A DNA stretch of 64,000 bases, from positions 320,001 to 384,000 of the forward strand of contig CAWAMW010000016.1 of assembly GCA_963783305.1 (NCBI GenBank). The letters are read 5' to 3'. Of this stretch, positions 43,249 to 51,806 are shown piece after piece. The notes under the pieces were generated by a model that saw only the letters and a program-made list of their open reading frames with translations, ran no database searches and was not told where the DNA came from. A program made the translations under genes and the position numbers. Each line of letters starts with the position of its first letter. The stretch's first letter is position 1. The DNA comes from an uncultured Gemmatimonadales bacterium. GTDB taxonomy: Bacteria; Gemmatimonadota; Gemmatimonadetes; Longimicrobiales; RSA9.

Positions 43249-43443
43249 CCGGATGGGGGTGCCTGCCCGAGGATGGGTGTTTACCCTGAAGCCGAAGGAT
43301 GCTGTATCGGACCCGGCGCCGGCGCGCAGGCCAGCGCGGAGGCGAAAATCGACCTCAGAGGCGGTGACGGATTCCGCCTTGTGCGTCCCGGGCGGCTGAG
43401 CCGATCCCGGCCGGTCGCTCTGGGGGGCAGATGCGGTAGCAGC

Positions 43444-43484
43444 GAAAGAAGAAAGCCGCTGCCCGGGGTCCCGGGCAGCGGCTT
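43444..43484 (-). terminator. Intrinsic terminator of the beta-barrel gene
   Basis: 15-bp inverted repeat AAGCCGCTGCCCGGG/CCCGGGCAGCGGCTT followed by TTCTTCTTTC on the minus strand. Confidence 0.85.
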
Positions 43485-43505
43485 CTCGTTGAGGGCCCTT
43501 CGTCT

Positions 43506-44084
43506 TCAGCGGACGCCGAAGCCGATATAAATGTCGAGGAACGAGACGTCTGCATCGTTAAACCCGGCAGCGCCCTCCAACCCATCGTACTTGAAGTCTA
43601 TCCCGCTCAGCGGATAGTACTTCACGCCCGCGTAGATATTGTTGGTCAGCTGAAGCCCGCCGCCGATGTTGAAGCCGAAGTTGGTCGACCAGTTCGAGTC
43701 GCCGCCCGGCATATCGAAGGACGGCCCCTTGGCCATGACCAGCCCGAGCTGGCCCGTAGCGAATGCGGCCACCGGCCCCACGGGCAGATCGAAGCGCAGC
43801 CCGGTCATCGCGGGCACGTAGAGGAACCCGCTGTCCACGTCGTCATCGGCCACACTGTGGGCGATGGCGTCCACGGACGTATACCAGCTGAGCGCCGGCG
43901 TGACCATGCTCAGCGGGTACGAGAGGTCGACACCGCCGAGGAAGCCGAGATCCGCGCCGTCGGAGTAGTCGCCGGTGGGAATGGATACGCCGGCGTGAGC
44001 GCCGATCCCGAAGGTCTGCGCCGCCGCGGGCGCGCTGCCGACGCCGAACAGCAGCGCCATCGTCAGAACGAAGAAAGTTCGCAT
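43506..44084 (-). CDS. Outer-membrane beta-barrel protein (8-strand OmpA/porin-like)
   Basis: Signal peptide ending APAAAQ; alternating Gly/aromatic strands; C-terminal FLDIYIGFGVR. Confidence 0.8.
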   Translation of the reverse strand: MRTFFVLTMALLFGVGSAPAAAQTFGIGAHAGVSIPTGDYSDGADLGFLGGVDLSYPLSMVTPALSWYTSVDAIAHSVADDDVDSGFLYVPAMTGLRFDLPVGPVAAFATGQLGLVMAKGPSFDMPGGDSNWSTNFGFNIGGGLQLTNNIYAGVKYYPLSGIDFKYDGLEGAAGFNDADVSFLDIYIGFGVR

Positions 44085-44168
44085 GGAATGCTCCCGTGAA
44101 GTGATCAGTACGAGCCGGCACGCCTCTCCATAGTGGAAGGGGCGTCCAACCCGTTGAGGGTGAGAGAT

Positions 44169-44184
44169 AGCAAGGCCCGTACCC
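44169..44184 (-). promoter_or_regulatory. Putative sigma54 promoter of the beta-barrel gene
   Basis: Minus strand GGGTACG-GGCC-TTGCT with GG-N10-GC spacing. Confidence 0.5.
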
Positions 44185-44206
44185 TTTGGCCACCCGGCTG
44201 ACGCCA

Positions 44207-44236
44207 TTGACACCCCGCTCTGCGGCTATCTACGTT
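44207..44236 (+). promoter_or_regulatory. Putative sigma70 promoter of the fusA paralogue
   Basis: TTGACA-N18-TACGTT; strong SD GGGAGGAG downstream. Confidence 0.55.
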
Positions 44237-44287
44237 CGAACCCCCCGGGTTCGGGGGAAGACATAGGCCAACTTGAAGGGAGGAGTT

Positions 44288-46393
44288 ATGGCCACCGCGA
44301 AGGAGTACGCCACCGAAAGGATCCGGAACGTCGCCGTGTTGGGACACGGCGGCTCCGGTAAGACGACGTTGGTGGATGCGCTCGCGTTCGTCGCCGGGTC
44401 GACGCGCCGACACGGCAGCGTCGATGATGGGTCGGCCCTCACCATGTACACGCCCGAGGAGGTCGCCCATGGCCTCTCGATGCAGGCGACACCCGCGTTC
44501 GCGGAGTGGGAGGGCACGAAGATCAACCTGCTGGACACGCCGGGATACATGGACTTCACCGGCGAGGCCCTCGCCGCCACACGGGTGACGGATGGCGCTG
44601 TGATTGTCCTCGGCGCCACCACCGGGGTCGAGGTGGGCACCGAGAAGGTCTGGGAATATTGCGAGGATCGCGGAATTCCCAGACTTTTTTTCGTCTCCAT
44701 GATGGATAAGGAGAACGCCGACTTCGAGCGAGTCTACAACGACATCAACCAGCACCTCACCGAGAAGGTGATCCCGGTCGAGATTCCCATCGGTGCCGGG
44801 GATGGGTTCCGGGGCATCATCAACCTGTTCAGCGGCCGCGCGCACATCTACGAGCCGGGCGGCACGAGCGGGGAGTACGAGGAGACGGAGATTCCGGAGG
44901 AGAAGCGCGAGAAGTTCGAGAAGTGGCGCACGGAACTCATGGAGACCATCGCCACCACGGATGACACGCTGCTCGAGGCGTACCTGGAGGGCGGCGAGAT
45001 CGACCGGGAGCAGGCGCTGGACGCCATGAAGGCCGCCATGGCCCGCGGCGAGATCTTCCCGCTCTTCTGCGGCGCGCCCCAGAAGACCTGGGGGACCCGT
45101 GCGCTGATCCGGAAGATCGTGGAGCTCATGCCGAACCCGGCCGAGGCGCCGGCGCAGATCGCACAGCGGCCGAACATCGACCAGGTGGTGGAGCTGCGTG
45201 CCGCCGATGACCAGCCGTTCGCCGCGCTGGTCTACAAGACTCTGAGCGAGCCCCACGTGGGCGAGCTCTCCTTCTTTCGCGTATTCAGCGGCCATGTAGA
45301 GCAGGGGATGGAGGTCGTAAACGCAAACCGCGAGTCGCCCGAGAAGCTCGCCCACGTCTCCATCTCCCAGGGCAAGGAGCGCATGGAGGTCCCGGTCCTG
45401 CACGCCGGGGACCTGGGCATCGTGGCGAAACTGAAGGATACGCACACCAACGACACCATCTGTGACCCCGACCGCCCGCTCGTCATCGAGCCCATACGCT
45501 TCCCGAAGCCGGACAGCGCCGTCGCCATCCAGGCGGCCAGTCGAAGCGATGAGGACAAGCTCGGGACAGGGCTCGGTCGACTGCACGAAGAGGATCCCAC
45601 GTTTGCCAGCGGCTACGACCCCGAGGTTCGCCAGACCATCATCCGCGGCCTGGGCGAGCTCCACCTGGACGTCCAGATGGAGCGGCTCAAGCGGAAATAC
45701 GGCGTGGAGGTGACCACGGAGCAGCCACGGATCCACTACAGGGAGACGATCCGGAAGCAGGCGGAGGCACAGGGCAAGTACAAGAAGCAGACGGGCGGGC
45801 GCGGCCAGTTCGGCGACTGCCACGTTCGGCTCAAGCCGCTGCCGCGGGACGAGGGCTACCGGTTCACCGACTCCATCACCGGTGGCGTGATCCCGAACAA
45901 GTTCATTCCGTCGGTGGACAAGGGCGTGCGCGAGGCAGCGGCGAAGGGCGTGATCGCGGGGTATCCCGTGGTGGACCTCGAGGCCGAATGCTTCGACGGC
46001 TCCTACCACAACGTGGATTCCAGCGACGTGGCCTTCCAGGTGGCTGGCTCCATGGCCTTCAAAAAGGCGGTGAAGGACGCCGCCCCCGTGCTCCTGGAGC
46101 CCATCATGGAGGTCGAGATCACCACCCCCGAGGACTTCATGGGCGACATCATGGGGGACCTGAACCAGCGCAGAGGGAAGATCCAGGGCATGGAAACCCA
46201 GGGATCGAAGACGGTGATCCGCGCGCTGGTGCCTGAGGCGGAGCTGTACAAGTACGCCACGACGCTCCGGTCCATGAGTCACGGTCGGGCGATGCACAGC
46301 CGCACGTTTCACGGCTATGAGGAGGTGCCGCAGCACGTGGCCCAGCAGCTGATAGACTCCGCAAGCCGCGAGGAGGAGGAAATCACGGCCTGA
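44288..46393 (+). CDS. fusA: Elongation factor G paralogue (EF-G2-like)
   Basis: GHGGSGKT, DTPG, GLGELHL, YRETI, KKQTGGRGQFG, GSYHNVDSS; outside the str operon, G2/G4 divergent. Confidence 0.93.
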   Translation: MATAKEYATERIRNVAVLGHGGSGKTTLVDALAFVAGSTRRHGSVDDGSALTMYTPEEVAHGLSMQATPAFAEWEGTKINLLDTPGYMDFTGEALAATRVTDGAVIVLGATTGVEVGTEKVWEYCEDRGIPRLFFVSMMDKENADFERVYNDINQHLTEKVIPVEIPIGAGDGFRGIINLFSGRAHIYEPGGTSGEYEETEIPEEKREKFEKWRTELMETIATTDDTLLEAYLEGGEIDREQALDAMKAAMARGEIFPLFCGAPQKTWGTRALIRKIVELMPNPAEAPAQIAQRPNIDQVVELRAADDQPFAALVYKTLSEPHVGELSFFRVFSGHVEQGMEVVNANRESPEKLAHVSISQGKERMEVPVLHAGDLGIVAKLKDTHTNDTICDPDRPLVIEPIRFPKPDSAVAIQAASRSDEDKLGTGLGRLHEEDPTFASGYDPEVRQTIIRGLGELHLDVQMERLKRKYGVEVTTEQPRIHYRETIRKQAEAQGKYKKQTGGRGQFGDCHVRLKPLPRDEGYRFTDSITGGVIPNKFIPSVDKGVREAAAKGVIAGYPVVDLEAECFDGSYHNVDSSDVAFQVAGSMAFKKAVKDAAPVLLEPIMEVEITTPEDFMGDIMGDLNQRRGKIQGMETQGSKTVIRALVPEAELYKYATTLRSMSHGRAMHSRTFHGYEEVPQHVAQQLIDSASREEEEITA

Positions 46394-46419
46394 TCCGGCC
46401 GCAGGGTGCAGCCGGTGGG

Positions 46420-46492
46420 TCGGACCCGGCTACGGGACCCGGAGTTCGGGGAGTGGCAGGAGCGCTCCGTGCTCTCCGGGTTCCGCGCCGGG
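46420..46492. terminator. Imperfect hairpin between convergent fusA and kinase genes
   Basis: CCCGGC..GGGACCCGGAG pairs with CTCCGGGTTCC..GCCGGG; no clear U-tract. Confidence 0.4.
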
Positions 46493-46503
46493 GCGTGGGG
46501 CCC

Positions 46504-47988
46504 TTACGCGGGCTGACGCCGGGGCGACGCGGCGGTCAGGTGTGTGGGATGGATGGGCAGCGTCAGGAGGAAGACGGTCTCTCCCGTGGCCGGGTGGGAG
46601 TCCACTTCGATGGTCCCGCCATGGGCCTCCACACCCGCCCGCGCGATGGGCAGCCCCAGGCCGGCGCCCACCCGTCCGGAGGCGTCCCGCCCACGGTAGT
46701 AGCGGTCGAAGACGTGGGCGCGGCTTTCCGGTGGGATGGGTGGGCCCTGATCCCTGACCGCGAACGTGACCATCCCGCCGAGCCCCGCGACCCGGATCTC
46801 GATCCGTCCCCCTCGCGGGCTGAACTTGATGGCGTTCTCCAGGAGGTGCCCGAACACTTCCTCCCGCAGGATATCCGGGTCGGCGATGAGGAAGCTCGGG
46901 GCGGAGTCGTCGACCGTCGCGGCCACGGTGATCCCGTGCCGGGAGCCGAGACCGGTGTAGGAGCGTCCGAGCTCCACGGCGAAGTGACGCAGGTTGATCT
47001 CCTCGAGCCCCAGCTGGAGCCCCGCCGCCTGGATCCGGCTGATCTCCAACAGCTGGTTCAGTCGGGTGCTCAACGTCCGGGTCTGGCGCCCGAGGGAGTC
47101 GAGGATCTGGCGGTGCCGTTCTCCCAGCTCATCGGGCAGCTCCTCGGCCAGCAGTTCGGCGTACCCGCTGATGACGTTGATGGGCGTTTTCAGGTCGTGG
47201 GTGGCAATACCGACGAACTCGGCCTTCATCCGGTCCAGATCCGCGAGCTGGAGCGCCATGGACCGAAACGTCCGGAACAGCTCGCCGACCTCGTCCTGGC
47301 GCTCGTAGGGCAGGTTCTCAGGGGGGTGGAAGTCGCCATCGGCGACGCGAGCCATGGACGTGGACAGCCGGTTGAGCGGTCGGGTCAGGTAGCGGGCCGT
47401 GAGCAGGGTGAGGAGGCCGGCCACGAGGAGGCCCAGGAGCAGTGCGGTGGTGGTGATGGTGACCGCCCGTCCCGTGATCTCGTCCACTGAGCTGAGCCGC
47501 GCGGCCGTGAGGGCGTCCACAGCGCCCGCGAGCGTCTCCGCCGATTCCGTGGAGGCGAGGATGAGAGGAGTGAGCTGGTAGCGCAGGAGCTGGGTCGCCG
47601 CCTCCGCATGGCCGGCTTCCATCAAAAGGGATGTGAGGGAGGAGACGGCGGAGAGCATGGGCACGGGGATCCGGGCCTGGTCTACCGCCTCCGCGTAGCC
47701 GGCCGACCGCAGACGGTCGAGGTCGCGGCCGACGCTGGCTACCGCCTGACGCGTGAGCTCGCCGAGCTCCGGATCGCCGGTGGCCACGTAGGTCCGCTGG
47801 TATCGGTCCAGCCGTTCCAGACCCGTCTGGATCCGGCCAACCATGTACGCGGCTTCAGCCGTCCGCTCCCGGAGGTCGAGAGCCGTGGACCTCACTGCAC
47901 GGACGCTCGTCACCCCCAGGAGCGCGGGGACCGCCATCACCACCAGCACCGCGAGAAGGCTCAGGATGAACCGGGTTCGGAGCTTCAC
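46504..47988 (-). CDS. Membrane HAMP sensor histidine kinase
   Basis: Two TMs, HAMP (TRPLNRL...DEVGEL), THDLKTP, ENAIKF, DQGP, GAGLGL; GTG start overlaps upstream stop. Confidence 0.93.
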   Translation of the reverse strand: MKLRTRFILSLLAVLVVMAVPALLGVTSVRAVRSTALDLRERTAEAAYMVGRIQTGLERLDRYQRTYVATGDPELGELTRQAVASVGRDLDRLRSAGYAEAVDQARIPVPMLSAVSSLTSLLMEAGHAEAATQLLRYQLTPLILASTESAETLAGAVDALTAARLSSVDEITGRAVTITTTALLLGLLVAGLLTLLTARYLTRPLNRLSTSMARVADGDFHPPENLPYERQDEVGELFRTFRSMALQLADLDRMKAEFVGIATHDLKTPINVISGYAELLAEELPDELGERHRQILDSLGRQTRTLSTRLNQLLEISRIQAAGLQLGLEEINLRHFAVELGRSYTGLGSRHGITVAATVDDSAPSFLIADPDILREEVFGHLLENAIKFSPRGGRIEIRVAGLGGMVTFAVRDQGPPIPPESRAHVFDRYYRGRDASGRVGAGLGLPIARAGVEAHGGTIEVDSHPATGETVFLLTLPIHPTHLTAASPRRQPA

Positions 47989-49253
47989 GCCATCGCCCGC
48001 TGGGTGAGCCTCGAGATCTCCACGTCCTGGCGAGCCACCTTCCGCTCCAGTTCCCGGACCTGGCGTCGCAACGCTTCCCGCTCCGTCTCGAGGGACCGGA
48101 CCCGGTCCGGGTCGGGGCCGCTGAGGGCCGCCGGAGCGCGGGATCTGGCCGGATCCGGGCGATCGGCCCGCACCGGCACGGTAGCCTCGGCTGCCTGGCC
48201 GAGGACGTGAACCTCCGGCGCGATCCGGAGCATGGCCTCGACGACGTCCGGATCGAAATGGGACCCGGAGCACGCCTTCAACTCGTCGAGCGCCTCCTTC
48301 ACCGACCATGCCCCCTTGTACGGCCGCTCGTGGGTGAGGGAATCGAAGACGTCGGCCACCGCGACGATCCGCCCGGAGAGGGGAATCTCCTGGCCGGCGA
48401 TCCCCTCCGGGTAGCCACCCCCGTCCCAGTGCTCGTGGTGGACGTAGGCGATCTCCTGCGCCAGCTGGAGGATCGGGAATCGGCTGCCCGACAGGATATC
48501 GGTGCCGATCCGTGTGTGGTCCTGCATCACCGCGCGTTCGTGGTCGGTGAGCCGGCCTCGCTTCAACAGGATGGCATCGGGGATGCCGATCTTCCCGATG
48601 TCGTGGAGGGGCGCTGCTCGCCGGATCAGCTCGATCCAGTCGAGGGGCTCCCCCAGGATCTGGGCGAGCCGTGCGGCCACGCGGCCCACCCGCTGGGTGT
48701 GCTGGCCCGTGTCGTCATCCCGGTACTCGGCCGCCCGCGCCAGGCGGTCGAGGATCTCGAGGCGCGCCGCCTCCAACTCCCGCGTCCGATCCACGACGCG
48801 GTCTTCGAGAAGGGTGTTGTATTCCCGGAGACGGGCCTGGAGGAACCGGGTCTCGAGCAGGTTGTGGACCCGGAGCCGGACGTCGGCGGGGCTGAGCGGC
48901 TTGGTGAGGAAGTCGCGCGCGCCGAGCGAGAGCGCCCGGCGCTGTGCGCTTGCCGCGGTGTCGGCCGTGACCACGAGCACCGGCAGGTACGATCCCGGCG
49001 CCAGCTGACCGCGGACGCGCTCGAGGAATTGAAAGCCGTCCAGCGTGGGCATCATGAGGTCCAGGAGCACCAGGTCCGGCTCCGCCTCGGCCACCGAGTT
49101 CAGCGCGGCCACGGAATCGCTGAACTCCACCAGCTCACCGTACCCCTCCGGTTCGAGGACGTGGCGGAGGAACTCGGTGTTGGCCGGGTCATCATCGACG
49201 ATCAGGATGCGCACCCGGTCCCGCGGAACGCCCTGCGGCTCTAAGCTGGTCAA
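47985..49253 (-). CDS. Response regulator with intact HD-GYP phosphodiesterase domain (RpfG-like)
   Basis: REC ILIVDDD/LLDLMMP; HTQRV, LHDIGKIG, HHEHWDGGGYP, ADVFDSL, RPYK; start uncertain. Confidence 0.93.
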   Translation of the reverse strand: MTSLEPQGVPRDRVRILIVDDDPANTEFLRHVLEPEGYGELVEFSDSVAALNSVAEAEPDLVLLDLMMPTLDGFQFLERVRGQLAPGSYLPVLVVTADTAASAQRRALSLGARDFLTKPLSPADVRLRVHNLLETRFLQARLREYNTLLEDRVVDRTRELEAARLEILDRLARAAEYRDDDTGQHTQRVGRVAARLAQILGEPLDWIELIRRAAPLHDIGKIGIPDAILLKRGRLTDHERAVMQDHTRIGTDILSGSRFPILQLAQEIAYVHHEHWDGGGYPEGIAGQEIPLSGRIVAVADVFDSLTHERPYKGAWSVKEALDELKACSGSHFDPDVVEAMLRIAPEVHVLGQAAEATVPVRADRPDPARSRAPAALSGPDPDRVRSLETEREALRRQVRELERKVARQDVEISRLTQRAMA

Positions 49254-49388
49254 ATTTCTCTTCCCCGGAGGTATCGACGTGATCCTCAAATGTCACAGCG
49301 ATACGCGTCGGAGGTCAATTCCCCGTCTGATTAGACACCCGCTCAAGGTGAGGAGCGGGCGTTCGTCCGGGCGCCGGCCTGGGCGCGG

Positions 49389-49844
49389 TCAGGTGGTGCC
49401 GTCTCGCTCCAGCTCTATGGCCGGTGCGGCTCGCCGCCGTGCCAGCCAGTGATCGACGCTGTATCGACCCGGTCCGATCAGCGCCAGGCCGAGCGCGACC
49501 CACATGTTCTTGAACGCGTGGGCTGGGGTGCCATTCCCGGTCGTCAGGTGGCCGAGCCACGCCATGAACATGGTGCCGGCGATCAGCAGGGCGGCCGGTC
49601 GGAAGAGGAACCCCGCGGCGATCAGAAGCCCGCCAATCCCTTCCGCGAACGCCGCCAGGAACCCGAAGAAGGTGTGGCCGAAGCCGATCCCCAGCGTCTC
49701 CACCGAGCTGCCGACTCCCGCCCAGCGCTCGGGTCCGCCCATCAGCTTGCCCCAGCCGTGGAAGTACGTGAAGCCGAGGCCAAAGCCCAGCCTTAGTACC
49801 AGCAGCCCGATGTCTGCCCAGCGGTTCGTCTTCTCTGCCGCCAT
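49389..49844 (-). CDS. DoxX-family membrane protein
   Basis: GLLVLRLGFG...HGWGKL; AFAEGIGGLL; GPGRYSVD. Confidence 0.93.
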   Translation of the reverse strand: MAAEKTNRWADIGLLVLRLGFGLGFTYFHGWGKLMGGPERWAGVGSSVETLGIGFGHTFFGFLAAFAEGIGGLLIAAGFLFRPAALLIAGTMFMAWLGHLTTGNGTPAHAFKNMWVALGLALIGPGRYSVDHWLARRRAAPAIELERDGTT

Positions 49845-51589
49845 CACTGCTCCGTGGTGGGGTCACGGCTGAGTCGGGCGGCGATCTGCTTCCACTCCGG
49901 GAGCAGCTCGCGCACCTCGTAGCGCGGACGGATGTCCACCGGCACATCCGTCAGGCGCGCCACAGCCGCCTCGATTTCCGGCCGCATCTGGCCGTATTCC
50001 TCCAGGAGCCGGCCGGCCCGCTCGTAGTCGCCCTCGGCCTCGAGCGTGAGCAGTTCCGTGGCCAGCGATCGCACCGCCGCCTCCATCGCCGGGATGTCGG
50101 CCGTGATCATGCCCTCGTCGTCGAACCGGATCGCACCCTTCTCCCACAGCCAGTTGAACTGGATGAGGTTGGCCTGGCCGTGGGCCTCGGTGGCGCCGAA
50201 CCGGATCGAGCGGAACAGGTCGGGGAGCTCTCCCACGAACGCGGCGCGGACGAAGGCGTCGTTGTAGAGCCCGCGCTCGCGGAGCACCGTGAGGTTGTGC
50301 AGCCCCACCACGTCGGCCTTGGCTTCCTCGATGGCGCTGTAGCGGTCCTGGAGCGCCTGGTTCACCGTGATCCGTGCGCCATCACGCTCGATGAAGCCGG
50401 GCCCGAGCCCGTGTGCAAGCTCGTGCATGAGCACGCTCGTGAACCACGGCTGGAACTCCAGGTCGGCCAGCATGGCCGGGTCGAGAATGGCCTCGGCGAT
50501 GGGCTGGAGGATCTGGTCGAACTTGGCCTGGCTCACGTTCCGGAGCATGACCTTCTTCGACCCCTTCGCGCTCCGGACCCGTTCGTCGTTCGGCAGGTTG
50601 AAGGCGATGGTCTGAACCCCTGCCCGCGTGTCGCCGGCCGTGTACACCACATCCACCACCCGCATGGGGCTCTCGAAGCCGCGCTCGACGTTCTTCATCC
50701 GATCGGGGACCGGCAGGTTCTCCTCCAGCATCCGCAGCGCACTCTTCAGCGTGTCCAGCTCGGCGCTGGCCGCCGCGTCGGCCACGGTGACGAAGCTCTC
50801 GAACGCCGCCTTCGACCCCGTCAGGGCGTCCTCGTAGACCTCGTACGGTCCGATGGTGGGCTCGATCTTCGTGCCCTGGATGTCCATCCACGCCATGTCG
50901 CTGGGGTAATAGTCGTCGGTCAGGAACGACTCAGCCCGGCTCTCCAGGTACCTCGACAGCGACGCGTTCCGCGACAGGGCGGCGGCCTCCCGCAGCAGCG
51001 TGGCCGCGCGCCCGAGCTCGGCCCCGAACGCTTCGGAGTAGGGGACGGCCACGAGGGAGTCGCCGCGCCGCTCCACCATGGTGAATGTGCCCAGCAGCGC
51101 CTCCCGCTGGTCGGGGTGTGCCTCGAGGTAGGCGTCGAGCTCTTCGCGCGTGAGGTCGGCCGGGTAGAAGCCGGCGCCTGCCGGCTTCGGTCCAACGGCC
51201 AGGAACGGCTCCTGATCCGCCTGCCGGTCCCACGGGCCCACCATGATGTCGTGGTAGATCGACGCCGGGTCGTCCTTCTCCATAGCCGCCACGCCCCGCG
51301 ACCACGCCGGCTTTTCGCCGCTCACCTGCCGCGCAAAGAGCTCGTGCATGACGTCGGAGGCTTCCACCAGCTTCGCCAGCACCGCCTTCTCCCAGTCCGC
51401 GAGCGCCGCCTCGTCGAACTCGATGGACGCGGGGGCGAAGTTCGTCACCCGCTGCTCGAGCTCGGCCGTGGTGACTCCCTCCGCCAGCGGGATCGGCTCC
51501 TCGTTGCGGTCCAGTGAGCAGCCGCTCAACAGCAGGAGGGGTAGAACCAGCCACGTGACCCCCAGCCCATGCATCGTCGATTCCATCAT
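49844..51589 (-). CDS. Peptidase M49 (DPP III / Nudix hydrolase 3-like) lipoprotein
   Basis: Lipobox LSGC; GPWDR, IGPYEVYED, AFNLPNDE, GSKKVML, HELAHGLGP, EEAKAD. Confidence 0.9.
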   Translation of the reverse strand: MMESTMHGLGVTWLVLPLLLLSGCSLDRNEEPIPLAEGVTTAELEQRVTNFAPASIEFDEAALADWEKAVLAKLVEASDVMHELFARQVSGEKPAWSRGVAAMEKDDPASIYHDIMVGPWDRQADQEPFLAVGPKPAGAGFYPADLTREELDAYLEAHPDQREALLGTFTMVERRGDSLVAVPYSEAFGAELGRAATLLREAAALSRNASLSRYLESRAESFLTDDYYPSDMAWMDIQGTKIEPTIGPYEVYEDALTGSKAAFESFVTVADAAASAELDTLKSALRMLEENLPVPDRMKNVERGFESPMRVVDVVYTAGDTRAGVQTIAFNLPNDERVRSAKGSKKVMLRNVSQAKFDQILQPIAEAILDPAMLADLEFQPWFTSVLMHELAHGLGPGFIERDGARITVNQALQDRYSAIEEAKADVVGLHNLTVLRERGLYNDAFVRAAFVGELPDLFRSIRFGATEAHGQANLIQFNWLWEKGAIRFDDEGMITADIPAMEAAVRSLATELLTLEAEGDYERAGRLLEEYGQMRPEIEAAVARLTDVPVDIRPRYEVRELLPEWKQIAARLSRDPTTEQ

Positions 51590-51806
51590 CGGATCCGCCC
51601 TCCTCATTCGTTCTCCGACCGCGTTCATCAGGTGATTGGGACGCGGTGCCCGCACGTCGAGGTTGGGGCGTGCATCCTCGAAGCACAAGCGCGCGTCCAC
51701 CTACAGCTCCAGCGTGCGTATGGTATTTGCCCTATATTTGCGTACCTTGGTCTATCCGGCTTCTCCCCGAGCCGGACGCCGCCCCCCCCCGGCGAGAGGT
51801 GGTTCC

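Noticed and set aside
43249..43443. Possible ncRNA between rhomboid and beta-barrel genes
   Set aside because: No recognisable tRNA, SRP, 6S, tmRNA or riboswitch features by eye; an Rfam scan would be needed
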